64,000 nt of DNA from a virus. Taxonomy: Duplodnaviria > Caudoviricetes. The DNA lies in IMG/VR virus record IMGVR_UViG_3300046694_000619; one strand, 5' to 3'. The position numbers and the translations under genes are program-made. The notes under the pieces were generated by a model. The model was given only the letters and a program-made list of their open reading frames with translations, had not been told where the DNA came from and made no database searches. Shown here piece after piece: positions 56,223 to 64,000 of the stretch (positions are counted from its first letter, which is position 1; the number at the start of each line of letters is the position of its first letter).

Positions 56223-56624
56223 ATGAAAAACTACATTCTCGCTGTCATTTCTACAGTCTTGATGAATAGTGCATATGCCACGTATGCCAATGGCATCATC
56301 CCCGCAGGCGCCATGCTCCCCGCTCGAGTGAGCCGCATGGATGAGCATTCGGTCCGGGCGCAAGTTGTTGCGCCGAAAGAGCAGGGGTTGTCGGACACGA
56401 TTGCCGCCGCTGTGACAGGGTGTGTCGTATATGGGTCGCGCGCTTTCCTTACCCACGACCGCATTCACATGCAGTTCGACATACTCAAGTGCGCAGGAAG
56501 GCGGGCAATACCCATCAAGGCTGTCGCGGTATCCCGCGGGGACCACCAGGTTGGCTTGCATGCTCTGGCGGACGTGGGCACCCCGATGAGCATCCTGCTC
56601 CTCGACAGCGTGAAAACGCCATAG
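56223..56624 (+). CDS. Secreted hypothetical protein
   Basis: Signal peptide, GAGG RBS. Confidence 0.55.
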   Translation: MKNYILAVISTVLMNSAYATYANGIIPAGAMLPARVSRMDEHSVRAQVVAPKEQGLSDTIAAAVTGCVVYGSRAFLTHDRIHMQFDILKCAGRRAIPIKAVAVSRGDHQVGLHALADVGTPMSILLLDSVKTP

Positions 56625-56699
56625 TCGTCAGCCTGCTTAACCCCGTCAAAGAAGACAAAAACACCAACCCATAAGGCATAAAAGCCAAAGGAAAGCATC

Positions 56700-57146
56700 A
56701 TGACCACATTGCTCGAACGCATCCGCCAGGACTCCCTGGCTGCCCGCAAAGCGCGGGAATCGAACAAGGCGCTATTCCTGACGACGCTGTTGTCGGAAGC
56801 CGGCCGTGTCGGTAAGGACGATGGCAACCGCGAGTCGACCGACGCGGAAGTTACCGCGACCATAAAAAAGTTCATTAAGAACACCGACGAAACGCTGCGC
56901 GTGCTGCCGGCTGGTTCGGCCGCTCGAGTGCAACCCGAAGCCGAGCTGGCCATCCTGAATGCCTACCTTCCGCGCCAGGCGAGCGAAGATGAAGTGCGCG
57001 CCGCCGTGGCCCGTTACGTCGCCGAGCTCGCCGAGCGCAACCCGAAGCAGATGGGTGTTGTGATGGGCAAGCTCAATGCCGAGTTCGAAGGCAACTTCGA
57101 CAAGGGGGTTGCGAGCAAGCTGGTCAAGGAAGCGCTCGCAGGCTAA
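56700..57146 (+). CDS. GatB/YqeY domain protein
   Basis: TLLERI..D...ARKA, E.AIL.AYLP.Q.SEDE, KQMG.VMG. Confidence 0.9.
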   Translation: MTTLLERIRQDSLAARKARESNKALFLTTLLSEAGRVGKDDGNRESTDAEVTATIKKFIKNTDETLRVLPAGSAARVQPEAELAILNAYLPRQASEDEVRAAVARYVAELAERNPKQMGVVMGKLNAEFEGNFDKGVASKLVKEALAG

Positions 57147-57289
57147 CGGTCTGTCCCGATTGCCGAAACCACTTTTGACGAAACCGGCGAACGGTCGCTG
57201 CCAGGACAAGGCATTGGGCGCCTCCTAGAGGCTATACGGGGTTAGGCCAAATCTGTGGGCCACAACCCATCTCTATGAGGACCCGAGTA

Positions 57290-57523
57290 ATGAAAACCAT
57301 CCCGCAAAAGCTGTTTGACGCTGCCGACAACCACGGCGAGGATTCCGAGCCGGACCACACCGTCGGCGACCTGCAGGACCTTTTTTCTGCAGCATGGAAC
57401 CTGATGACCGCCGAGCAGAAGCAAGCGCTGCTGATATGCGACGCTGTCGAAAACATCGTCGACATGGGTGCTCGCAGCGAGTTCGAGGTCGCAGACCTGC
57501 TCAACCAGCTGGATTCGGAATAA
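57290..57523 (+). CDS. Small acidic hypothetical protein
   Basis: GAGG RBS. Confidence 0.55.
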   Translation: MKTIPQKLFDAADNHGEDSEPDHTVGDLQDLFSAAWNLMTAEQKQALLICDAVENIVDMGARSEFEVADLLNQLDSE

Positions 57524-57699
57524 CGGGCAACCCGTCTCATACCCCGCGCAACGCTGTTGCCGGGGTTTTTTAACGTCCACCGTGCCACCGGACAATGGTA
57601 TGGCGGCTGCCGTTGTAAGCATGTCTCGAAAGGTCACGATGCGATAAAATGGCGGTCGACGTCCACAGATTGCGTGGCTTCGAATTTAAGGAAGGGTTC

Positions 57700-58203
57700 A
57701 TGTTTCGTTTCAAATGCGGCAACTGCGACGAATGGCACGAGGGTGCACCAAGTCTGGCCTGCCAAGTTCCGGATATGCTTCTTGCCGTACCGCCAAAGGA
57801 ACGCCGGGCGCGGGTTCAAATTGGCTCCGAAGTTGCAGTTCTGGACGAGAAGCATTTCTTTATTCGCGCCTGCATGAACGTGCCTATCCAGGGCACCGAA
57901 GCTCACTTCACGTGGGGTTTGTGGGCAGATGTTTCCTCGCGCGACTTCTTCGACTACTGCGAACTGTCAGAGAAGGGTGCCGTCGGCGGCCCGTACCAGG
58001 GCAGGCTCGCGAACTCGCTGCCGTTCTACCCCGACTGCCTAAGCATCCCGGTCTCGGTTCAACCCCAATCCGGCGACCAGCGGCCGTTGCTGCTCACGCC
58101 AGATGGCGAAAGCAGCCTTGCACGGCATCTCAGAGAGGGCATGCCCGAGCAGGACGCTAAAGCGTATTTCGAGCGCGTGTTGCACCCAGGTGCCCCGCAC
58201 TGA
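57700..58203 (+). CDS. DUF2199-like protein
   Basis: FKC..C.EWHEG.P, HFFIR...P, FTWGLW..VS, GRLANSLP.YP. Confidence 0.8.
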   Translation: MFRFKCGNCDEWHEGAPSLACQVPDMLLAVPPKERRARVQIGSEVAVLDEKHFFIRACMNVPIQGTEAHFTWGLWADVSSRDFFDYCELSEKGAVGGPYQGRLANSLPFYPDCLSIPVSVQPQSGDQRPLLLTPDGESSLARHLREGMPEQDAKAYFERVLHPGAPH

Positions 58204-58488
58204 CAACCAGGAGAACACCATGGCTGATTGCTTCTATCATGGCCAATCGCTGCCGGGCCCGTGCCCCGATTGCGACCGCGCACAACAGCTCAAGCTGGCG
58301 CCTCAATGTGTCGAGTCGACCATCACGCCGATTCCGATGGAAGAGCGATACGACGCTCTGGGCCGGCTCTTCCTTGAGCAACTGCGAACGGGCGGCAAGT
58401 CCGCAGTTTGATGGTCCAAGCGACTCTTACCTGTCTGGGCCGGACGAAAGAAAACCCCGCACGTGGCGGGGCGTGTAGAGAAGGGCGG

Positions 58489-59157
58489 TTAGTCCTCGAT
58501 GCAAAACGTGACTATCAGCTCCTGTAGCGCGGTACCGATATTTGTCACGCCACCCTCACCCATGGTGGTTTGGCACTGAACGATAGCTTTCTTCAAAAAG
58601 TCCGGCCTGTACGGGCCGTACACCGAAAACATCTCGGACAGCGCAATGGCCGCTGCCGTGACATCCATCACACCGCGCTCAGCTTTAAGCACGGCCTTCA
58701 GCACCATCAAGCCAATGTCGACTTGCGGATTCGTGTGCAGCAACACGCGCGCACGGTCGAGTTCAACCTGTGACACCGTCAGCCCGTCCTCAGCGATTGC
58801 CTGGTCCTCATCGGAGTGGTCCGGTTCGCCATGCAAGTTTCCGTCGAGAAAGGCCTGGAAGTTGTCGCCCATTATTCCGATGACTTCCAGCGCGCCATAG
58901 CCTGTTTTCTGCATGTCGCGGAAAGTGCGGATGCGCGGATACAGAAAATCGACCGGGAATTTCGGGTTGCGGTCCGAAAGAATCTTCGCAGCTGCTGCGT
59001 AGAAACCGGGTGTGCCTTCTGGCTCGTGGACAACGACAAGGCCCATCATGCCGGCCATGAGCGTCTGCAGCAGACTGTCGAGAAACGTCTGAGCCTGCGC
59101 AAGCTCATGTTCCGTGTAGCCAGGCATCGTGTCGTACTGTTCGGGTTTGCTCATCAT
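58489..59157 (-). CDS. Hypothetical protein
   Basis: C-terminal part of a long ORF, start at MMSKPEQ. Confidence 0.55.
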   Translation of the reverse strand: MMSKPEQYDTMPGYTEHELAQAQTFLDSLLQTLMAGMMGLVVVHEPEGTPGFYAAAAKILSDRNPKFPVDFLYPRIRTFRDMQKTGYGALEVIGIMGDNFQAFLDGNLHGEPDHSDEDQAIAEDGLTVSQVELDRARVLLHTNPQVDIGLMVLKAVLKAERGVMDVTAAAIALSEMFSVYGPYRPDFLKKAIVQCQTTMGEGGVTNIGTALQELIVTFCIED

Positions 59158-59218
59158 GTTCCTCATCAAAAGTTGGGTACCTGCTGTCGTATAGCCGCCG
59201 CACGCTCGCCAAAAAAGA

Positions 59219-59244
59219 AGAAAGCCCGCTTTGGCGGGCTTTTC
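59219..59244 (-). terminator. Intrinsic terminator
   Basis: aaagcccgc-tttg-gcgggctttt. Confidence 0.7.
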
Positions 59245-59249
59245 ATCGT

Positions 59250-61877
59250 TCAGGTCAGGCTCCGCTTGAGCCGGCGCAGCTTGATGCGCGCCATCCGCGG
59301 CAAGACGAACGGGTCCCAGCGCAGTTCGGTCAGGCCGACCATCATCAGGCCGGCGACATAGGGCAGCGACAGGATGACCAGCACGCTCGTCCATGACTCG
59401 ACTTCCAGCGACTCCTCCGGATAGATGGTCAGCGCGCCGCATGCCGCGGCAATCAGCAGCGTGCCCAGCCAGATTTCGCGCTTGATGGCCGGGAACGACG
59501 TCACCGAACCTGCCTTCTTCTTCGCCGTCACGATGAACGCCGCGTGCTTGCCGAGCAGCCCGGTCAGGACGCCTTCGGCAATCGCGTAGGTCAGCGCCAC
59601 GCTGGCGAGCGCCGCGCCGAATGTGTCGCTCCAGGACGTGCCTACCTTCCGCTTGAAGAGCCATACGCCCATCACTGCGCGGAACACCGGTACGACGAAC
59701 ACGAGCGCGACCATGGCAGGCGCCGGCGGGCCGAACACCCGGGGGTACGCGGCCATGCCCATGGTCCACGCGAGCGCAACAATAGACCCCATGACCTGCG
59801 CAGCTTCGCTGACCCACGGCAACCACCCCGCGACGAAGTGGTAGCGCTGCGCGAGTGTCAGTTTGCTGCGGCCGAAGATTGTCTTCGCATGCCCACGCAT
59901 AATCTGCATGGCGCCAAGCGCCCACCGGCGACGCTGGCTGCGGAACGCCGCGAAGGTCGCCGGCGCCAGCCCGCGGCCGAACACTTCGTCGACGTAACGG
60001 GTCTCGTGACCAGCTGCCAAGATGCGCAGGCCCAGCTCTGCGTCTTCGCAGATGGTCCACGTCGCCCAGCCGCCCAGTTCACGCAGCACGCTCGCACGCA
60101 TGAGCGCCATCGTGCCGTGCTGAATAATACTGTCGCGCGCCGCACGGTGGTGCATACCCACCCGGAAGAAGCCGTCGAACTCGTACGCGGCCCAGCGCGC
60201 AAGGCGGTCATTCTCGAAATCACGGTGCGCCTGCGGTGCCTGCACGAGCGCAACCGGAGCCTCAGCAAAGTGCCCTACGAGGTCGTGCAGCCAGTTCGGC
60301 TCGACCACGTAGTCCGCGTCCACCACGCCGATGACATCAGCATCCGTGTGCGTTTGTTCCAGCGCGTGATTCAGCGCTTCCGCCTTGAATCCAGGGCAGA
60401 ACGGCAGATGCCAGAAACGAAAATGCTCGGCGTGCTCGGCTACCCACGCCTGCACCGGCCGCCACAGGTTCTCATCCTTCGTGTTGTTGTCGACCACCAG
60501 GACTTCGAAGTTGCGATAGTTCAGCGCGGCAAAGCTTTCGAGCGTAGCAATCACCATCTCCGGCGGCTCGTTCGCGCAAGCCAGATGAAGGCTGACGAAC
60601 GGCTCCGGCTCGCCATCAGCAAGCGGCTTGCGCTGATGCAACTCCGTCACGCCCTTGCGACCGAGCACCTCGAGACCTTCGAACAACTGCACCCAAAGCA
60701 CGACGACACAAAGCGCAGTCATCGGCGTCAGCAAGCCATACAGAACGAGTCGCGATGCGGAGTACAAGCCATCGAAGGACAGGGCGTACGAGCCCAGATA
60801 GGCCGCGCCGCCAAATAGCGCCATTCCCATCAACAGTCGGCACCCGACGTTCCAGGTGCGCGCAAGATACATGGCCAGCAGGACAAACGGGGCAACCACG
60901 ATGAATAGCCGGGAAGCGAGAAGCGGAAAGTTAGCCGTTTTCCAGACGGTGCCTGCGGCATGAATCTTCAGATGGCGGTCGCCATCCCAGATGCCCCAAA
61001 ATGCACCCGCACGACCCTCAATTTCAGATTTGTACGGCTGGTCGAATGCCTCGATGATGTAATAGTCCGCGCCGACGGCAGCAGCCTGCTGCACAAAGGA
61101 GCGCAGATACATAGTTTCGTTTTGCAGACTCGCTTTCGCGTGACCCACCGTATCGCCGGCTGACGGCCAGCCGGTTTCGGTCACCACGATTTTCTTGCCC
61201 GGAAACTTCTCCTGCATCAGCTTCAGCCGCGAAATCGAAAAATCTACGGCCTTGTCGGCAGGGACATCATCCCAGTAGGGAAGCAAGTGCACCGCGATGA
61301 AGTCAACGTGCTTCGCAAGCTCGGGCTGCGTGAGCCACATGGTCCACGGCTCAGCCGTCGACACGGGCTTCTTTGTTTTCTTCTTCACTTCGTCGAGGTA
61401 GCTCGCCAGTTGCTCCGCGGTGATGTCGCCGCGCACCAATGTTTCGTTGCCCACGAGCAGCCGGCTGACGTTGGGGAGCTTCGAATTTTCGATGAGCGCA
61501 TCGAGCTCGCGCCGGTCGGTACCCTGGTTGCCCTGGAGCCAGGCGCCCGCGGTCACGTCGATGCCGTAGTCGTTCGCGATGGCGGCCACGTTCGGGCCTT
61601 CATTCGAGGCATAAAGGCGCAGACGGTGCGTGTGCTTGGCAAGGATGGCCATGTCATCACGAACCTGAGCTTCGGAGGGATACCGCCCCTTCAGGGGGTC
61701 CTGGTCTGGCCGATAACCGGAGTAGGTGACGCCGGCGAGCTGACCGTCCCATGAGGGCGCGGTCACAGGCGCTTGAGTCCAGGTCCAGACGGCGAGCACC
61801 GCGGCGGCGGCCACAGCGCATAGAATGGTTGCGACGAGCAGATGCCCGCATCGCTTGAAGAACGACGGAGAGGTCAC
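59250..61877 (-). CDS. GH17 + GT2 fusion, NdvB-like beta-1,3-glucan synthesis protein
   Basis: VGNE, VHLLPYW, ETGWPS (GH17); DADY, CED, QRRRW (GT2). Confidence 0.88.
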   Translation of the reverse strand: MTSPSFFKRCGHLLVATILCAVAAAAVLAVWTWTQAPVTAPSWDGQLAGVTYSGYRPDQDPLKGRYPSEAQVRDDMAILAKHTHRLRLYASNEGPNVAAIANDYGIDVTAGAWLQGNQGTDRRELDALIENSKLPNVSRLLVGNETLVRGDITAEQLASYLDEVKKKTKKPVSTAEPWTMWLTQPELAKHVDFIAVHLLPYWDDVPADKAVDFSISRLKLMQEKFPGKKIVVTETGWPSAGDTVGHAKASLQNETMYLRSFVQQAAAVGADYYIIEAFDQPYKSEIEGRAGAFWGIWDGDRHLKIHAAGTVWKTANFPLLASRLFIVVAPFVLLAMYLARTWNVGCRLLMGMALFGGAAYLGSYALSFDGLYSASRLVLYGLLTPMTALCVVVLWVQLFEGLEVLGRKGVTELHQRKPLADGEPEPFVSLHLACANEPPEMVIATLESFAALNYRNFEVLVVDNNTKDENLWRPVQAWVAEHAEHFRFWHLPFCPGFKAEALNHALEQTHTDADVIGVVDADYVVEPNWLHDLVGHFAEAPVALVQAPQAHRDFENDRLARWAAYEFDGFFRVGMHHRAARDSIIQHGTMALMRASVLRELGGWATWTICEDAELGLRILAAGHETRYVDEVFGRGLAPATFAAFRSQRRRWALGAMQIMRGHAKTIFGRSKLTLAQRYHFVAGWLPWVSEAAQVMGSIVALAWTMGMAAYPRVFGPPAPAMVALVFVVPVFRAVMGVWLFKRKVGTSWSDTFGAALASVALTYAIAEGVLTGLLGKHAAFIVTAKKKAGSVTSFPAIKREIWLGTLLIAAACGALTIYPEESLEVESWTSVLVILSLPYVAGLMMVGLTELRWDPFVLPRMARIKLRRLKRSLT

Positions 61878-62027
61878 GTTGGCCTCGGGTTGCCTCAGCA
61901 ACAAAAGGGGTTGGAATCGCACTAATATAGCATCAAATATGCTATATGCCAACTTCCCCTAGGTGATTGCCCTTTCCCGCTATACGTGGAGAGGCAATAC
62001 CGCCCGGACAACCTGAATGGAATCAAC

Positions 62028-63044
62028 ATGACCAAACCGCATCCGATGGAGCAATTCCACGACCTCGTACGCCGTATCCTGACCGATGGTGTGCGAGAGC
62101 AAAACCGAACCGGCATCGACACGTTGTCGATTCCCTGTGCGGTACTCAAGTTCGACATGGCAGACGGCTTCCCCGCCATCACGACCAAAAAGCTCGCTTT
62201 CAGGTCGGCCGTTGGCGAATGGGTTGGCTTCGTCCGCGGCTACATCAGCGCGGCACAATTCCGTGAGCTGAATTGCAAAGTTTGGGACGGAAATGCCAAC
62301 TCTACGCAGAGCTGGCTCGATAATCCCAAGCGAAAAGGCGAGGATGACCTCGGTCGCATCTATTCGAAGCAATGGACCGACTGGCGTGACTGGAAGCACA
62401 CGCGGTCTTGCCAGGATGCGAAAGCATTGGTCGAAAAGGGCTACGAAATCATCGTCTGGGACGCTGAAGACGACAATTACGTTTTGCGTCGAGGCATCAA
62501 CCAGCTCGAGGAAGTGCTCAAGACACTTCTGACCAACCCGTCTGACCGGCGCAAGGTTGTAACGGGCTGGCGTCCCGACGAGTGGTCGGAGGCTGCACTT
62601 CCGAGCTGCCATACCGAGTACGTCTGGAAAACTGAGATGGGCGCAACCCGAGGCGTTGATGGAACACCGGTCACGTACAAGGAAGGTACGCGCGGCCGGC
62701 TGCACCTGTCGATGCAGATGCGCAGCTATGACGTCGGGCTGGGTTTCAATCCGGCGTTAGCCGGGTTAATGCTCTCCGTCATGGCCAAGCTCTCGGGCTT
62801 TGAGCCCGGCGAAATCGTGATGAGCATCAACGATGCTCACGCTTATTGGGGACATATCACGGGGCTGAAGGAGCTCATTTCACGCGAGCACTATCCGCAA
62901 CCCACGCTGCATCTGGGGGACAGCATTCCGACGCTCACCGATGTGAGCCAGGTGAAGGGCGTGTTCGAGCGTATCCAACCTGAGGATATTCAGCTGGTCG
63001 GCTACAAGCACCACCCGCCAATCAAGATGGACATGGCGGTTTAA
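62028..63044 (+). CDS. thyA: Thymidylate synthase
   Basis: NRTG.DT, FPAITTKK, DLGRIY..QW, ALPSCH, RS.D..LG, DAH.Y. Confidence 0.92.
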   Translation: MTKPHPMEQFHDLVRRILTDGVREQNRTGIDTLSIPCAVLKFDMADGFPAITTKKLAFRSAVGEWVGFVRGYISAAQFRELNCKVWDGNANSTQSWLDNPKRKGEDDLGRIYSKQWTDWRDWKHTRSCQDAKALVEKGYEIIVWDAEDDNYVLRRGINQLEEVLKTLLTNPSDRRKVVTGWRPDEWSEAALPSCHTEYVWKTEMGATRGVDGTPVTYKEGTRGRLHLSMQMRSYDVGLGFNPALAGLMLSVMAKLSGFEPGEIVMSINDAHAYWGHITGLKELISREHYPQPTLHLGDSIPTLTDVSQVKGVFERIQPEDIQLVGYKHHPPIKMDMAV

Positions 63045-63068
63045 ATCGCAGTCGAAGTCCTCTCTCCG

Positions 63069-63105
63069 AACCTCCTATGGTCAGCCCATAGGGGGTTTTT
63101 TATTT
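63069..63105 (+). terminator. Intrinsic terminator
   Basis: aacctcctatgg-tcagc-ccataggggggttttt. Confidence 0.75.
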
Positions 63106-63488
63106 CCAGTCATAGCGCCACGGCTAGGACAGGGGTCGCGCGGCCGATATTTTCTTCAGTTGCCATCGGAAAATAGAAGCGTTCCGTGCCCCACCAGTAA
63201 AGGGTTTGCGGCGAGTTTCACCCACTCCGAAACTCGTGCAAAAGCGTTCCGCGGAAAGCTTTCTTTTTTGGTCCGAAATCCATAGGAGGTTGAGGGGTGG
63301 CGCGGTTCGAGTTGAGCCGACGGCAAATAGCAAATGAAAGTCTTCCGAGTCTTGTCCGGTAAGGGTTTGGCGCAAATTTGACCCCCGGCAAGGAAAGGTT
63401 TCTACCCCGAACCAGGAAAGCTTTCTATTTCCCGGTAACGGCGTTACGGCATTGGCGGGTCCATAGTAGGTAGGGCGCTATACCGGGC

Positions 63489-63776
63489 ATGACCAAAATC
63501 ATCACTGCCATCCTGCTCGCCGCGGTCACGACCCTGGCGCACGCGCAATTAACCAGCCCAGCCGCCATCCCGGCCGTAGACCGGTGCAACGTATTCGCCC
63601 AGACTCTGACGGGCAAGGCCTACGACGACGTCGCCGCGCGCGTCACGGCACAGTCGTTCACCACGCGCGTAGTGGCGCGGGACCACGCCCGATACGCCGC
63701 AACGATGGACTATCGGCCAGACCGCGTGAACCTCCAGCTGGAGCACGGCAAGATTACGCAGGCGTCCTGCGGCTGA
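63489..63776 (+). CDS. Secreted peptidase-inhibitor I78-like protein
   Basis: TMDYRPDRVNL...G.I....CG. Confidence 0.75.
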   Translation: MTKIITAILLAAVTTLAHAQLTSPAAIPAVDRCNVFAQTLTGKAYDDVAARVTAQSFTTRVVARDHARYAATMDYRPDRVNLQLEHGKITQASCG

Positions 63777-63846
63777 CCGTCAAGCAAAAGTCTCTGGCGT
63801 TTACAGCTATTTCACAGTATACTAACGAGAACTCAAGGAGGTTCTC

Positions 63847-64000
63847 GTGATTGACATCAACAAGGTGCTCGTCGTCTATCTCGCCGGCGGCATGAAGACT
63901 GGCTGGGCAGCACGCGTCAAGAAGGCTGTGCCGGGCGTCATCTATATCGACCCGAGCGAGAGCGGGCTGACCGATGAAGAAGGCTACACGGCGTATGACC
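63847..64000 (+). CDS. Nucleoside 2-deoxyribosyltransferase-like protein (partial)
   Basis: AAGGAGG RBS, VYLAGGM...W...IDP; runs off the window. Confidence 0.6.
   Translation, partial: MIDINKVLVVYLAGGMKTGWAARVKKAVPGVIYIDPSESGLTDEEGYTAYD

Noticed and set aside
62028-63044. thyA as a base-modifying (dCMP hydroxymethylase-like) enzyme because of the shortened LGFN motif
   Set aside because: The specificity Asn appears retained and no modification-pathway genes are adjacent.

Overview
GC-rich, Betaproteobacteria-like (Burkholderiales-style) accessory DNA. It is most likely part of a conjugative megaplasmid, since it carries its own parC/parE, a TraD-type coupling protein, thyA and a ter-like stress cluster, with no rRNA operon, phage structural genes or CRISPR seen. 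The central ~28 kb (27.5-55.8 kb) is a + strand RNA-gene island. By manual parsing it holds 52 tRNA genes with readable anticodons covering all 20 amino acids, about 10 aberrant tRNA-like genes, a probable GOLLD RNA with an embedded tRNA-like domain, and a dozen unexplained structured RNAs closed by long terminal stems. One of these is a clear mimic of the 23S rRNA GTPase-associated centre (H43/H44). The island begins with a strong sigma70-like promoter, then a 58-codon leader ORF containing all 20 amino acids (43 different codons), whose 3' end can form an antiterminator against the following intrinsic terminator. This looks like a general translation-stress attenuator controlling a backup or decoy translation-RNA system. 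All tRNA/ncRNA calls and folds are by eye; no searches or folding programs were run.
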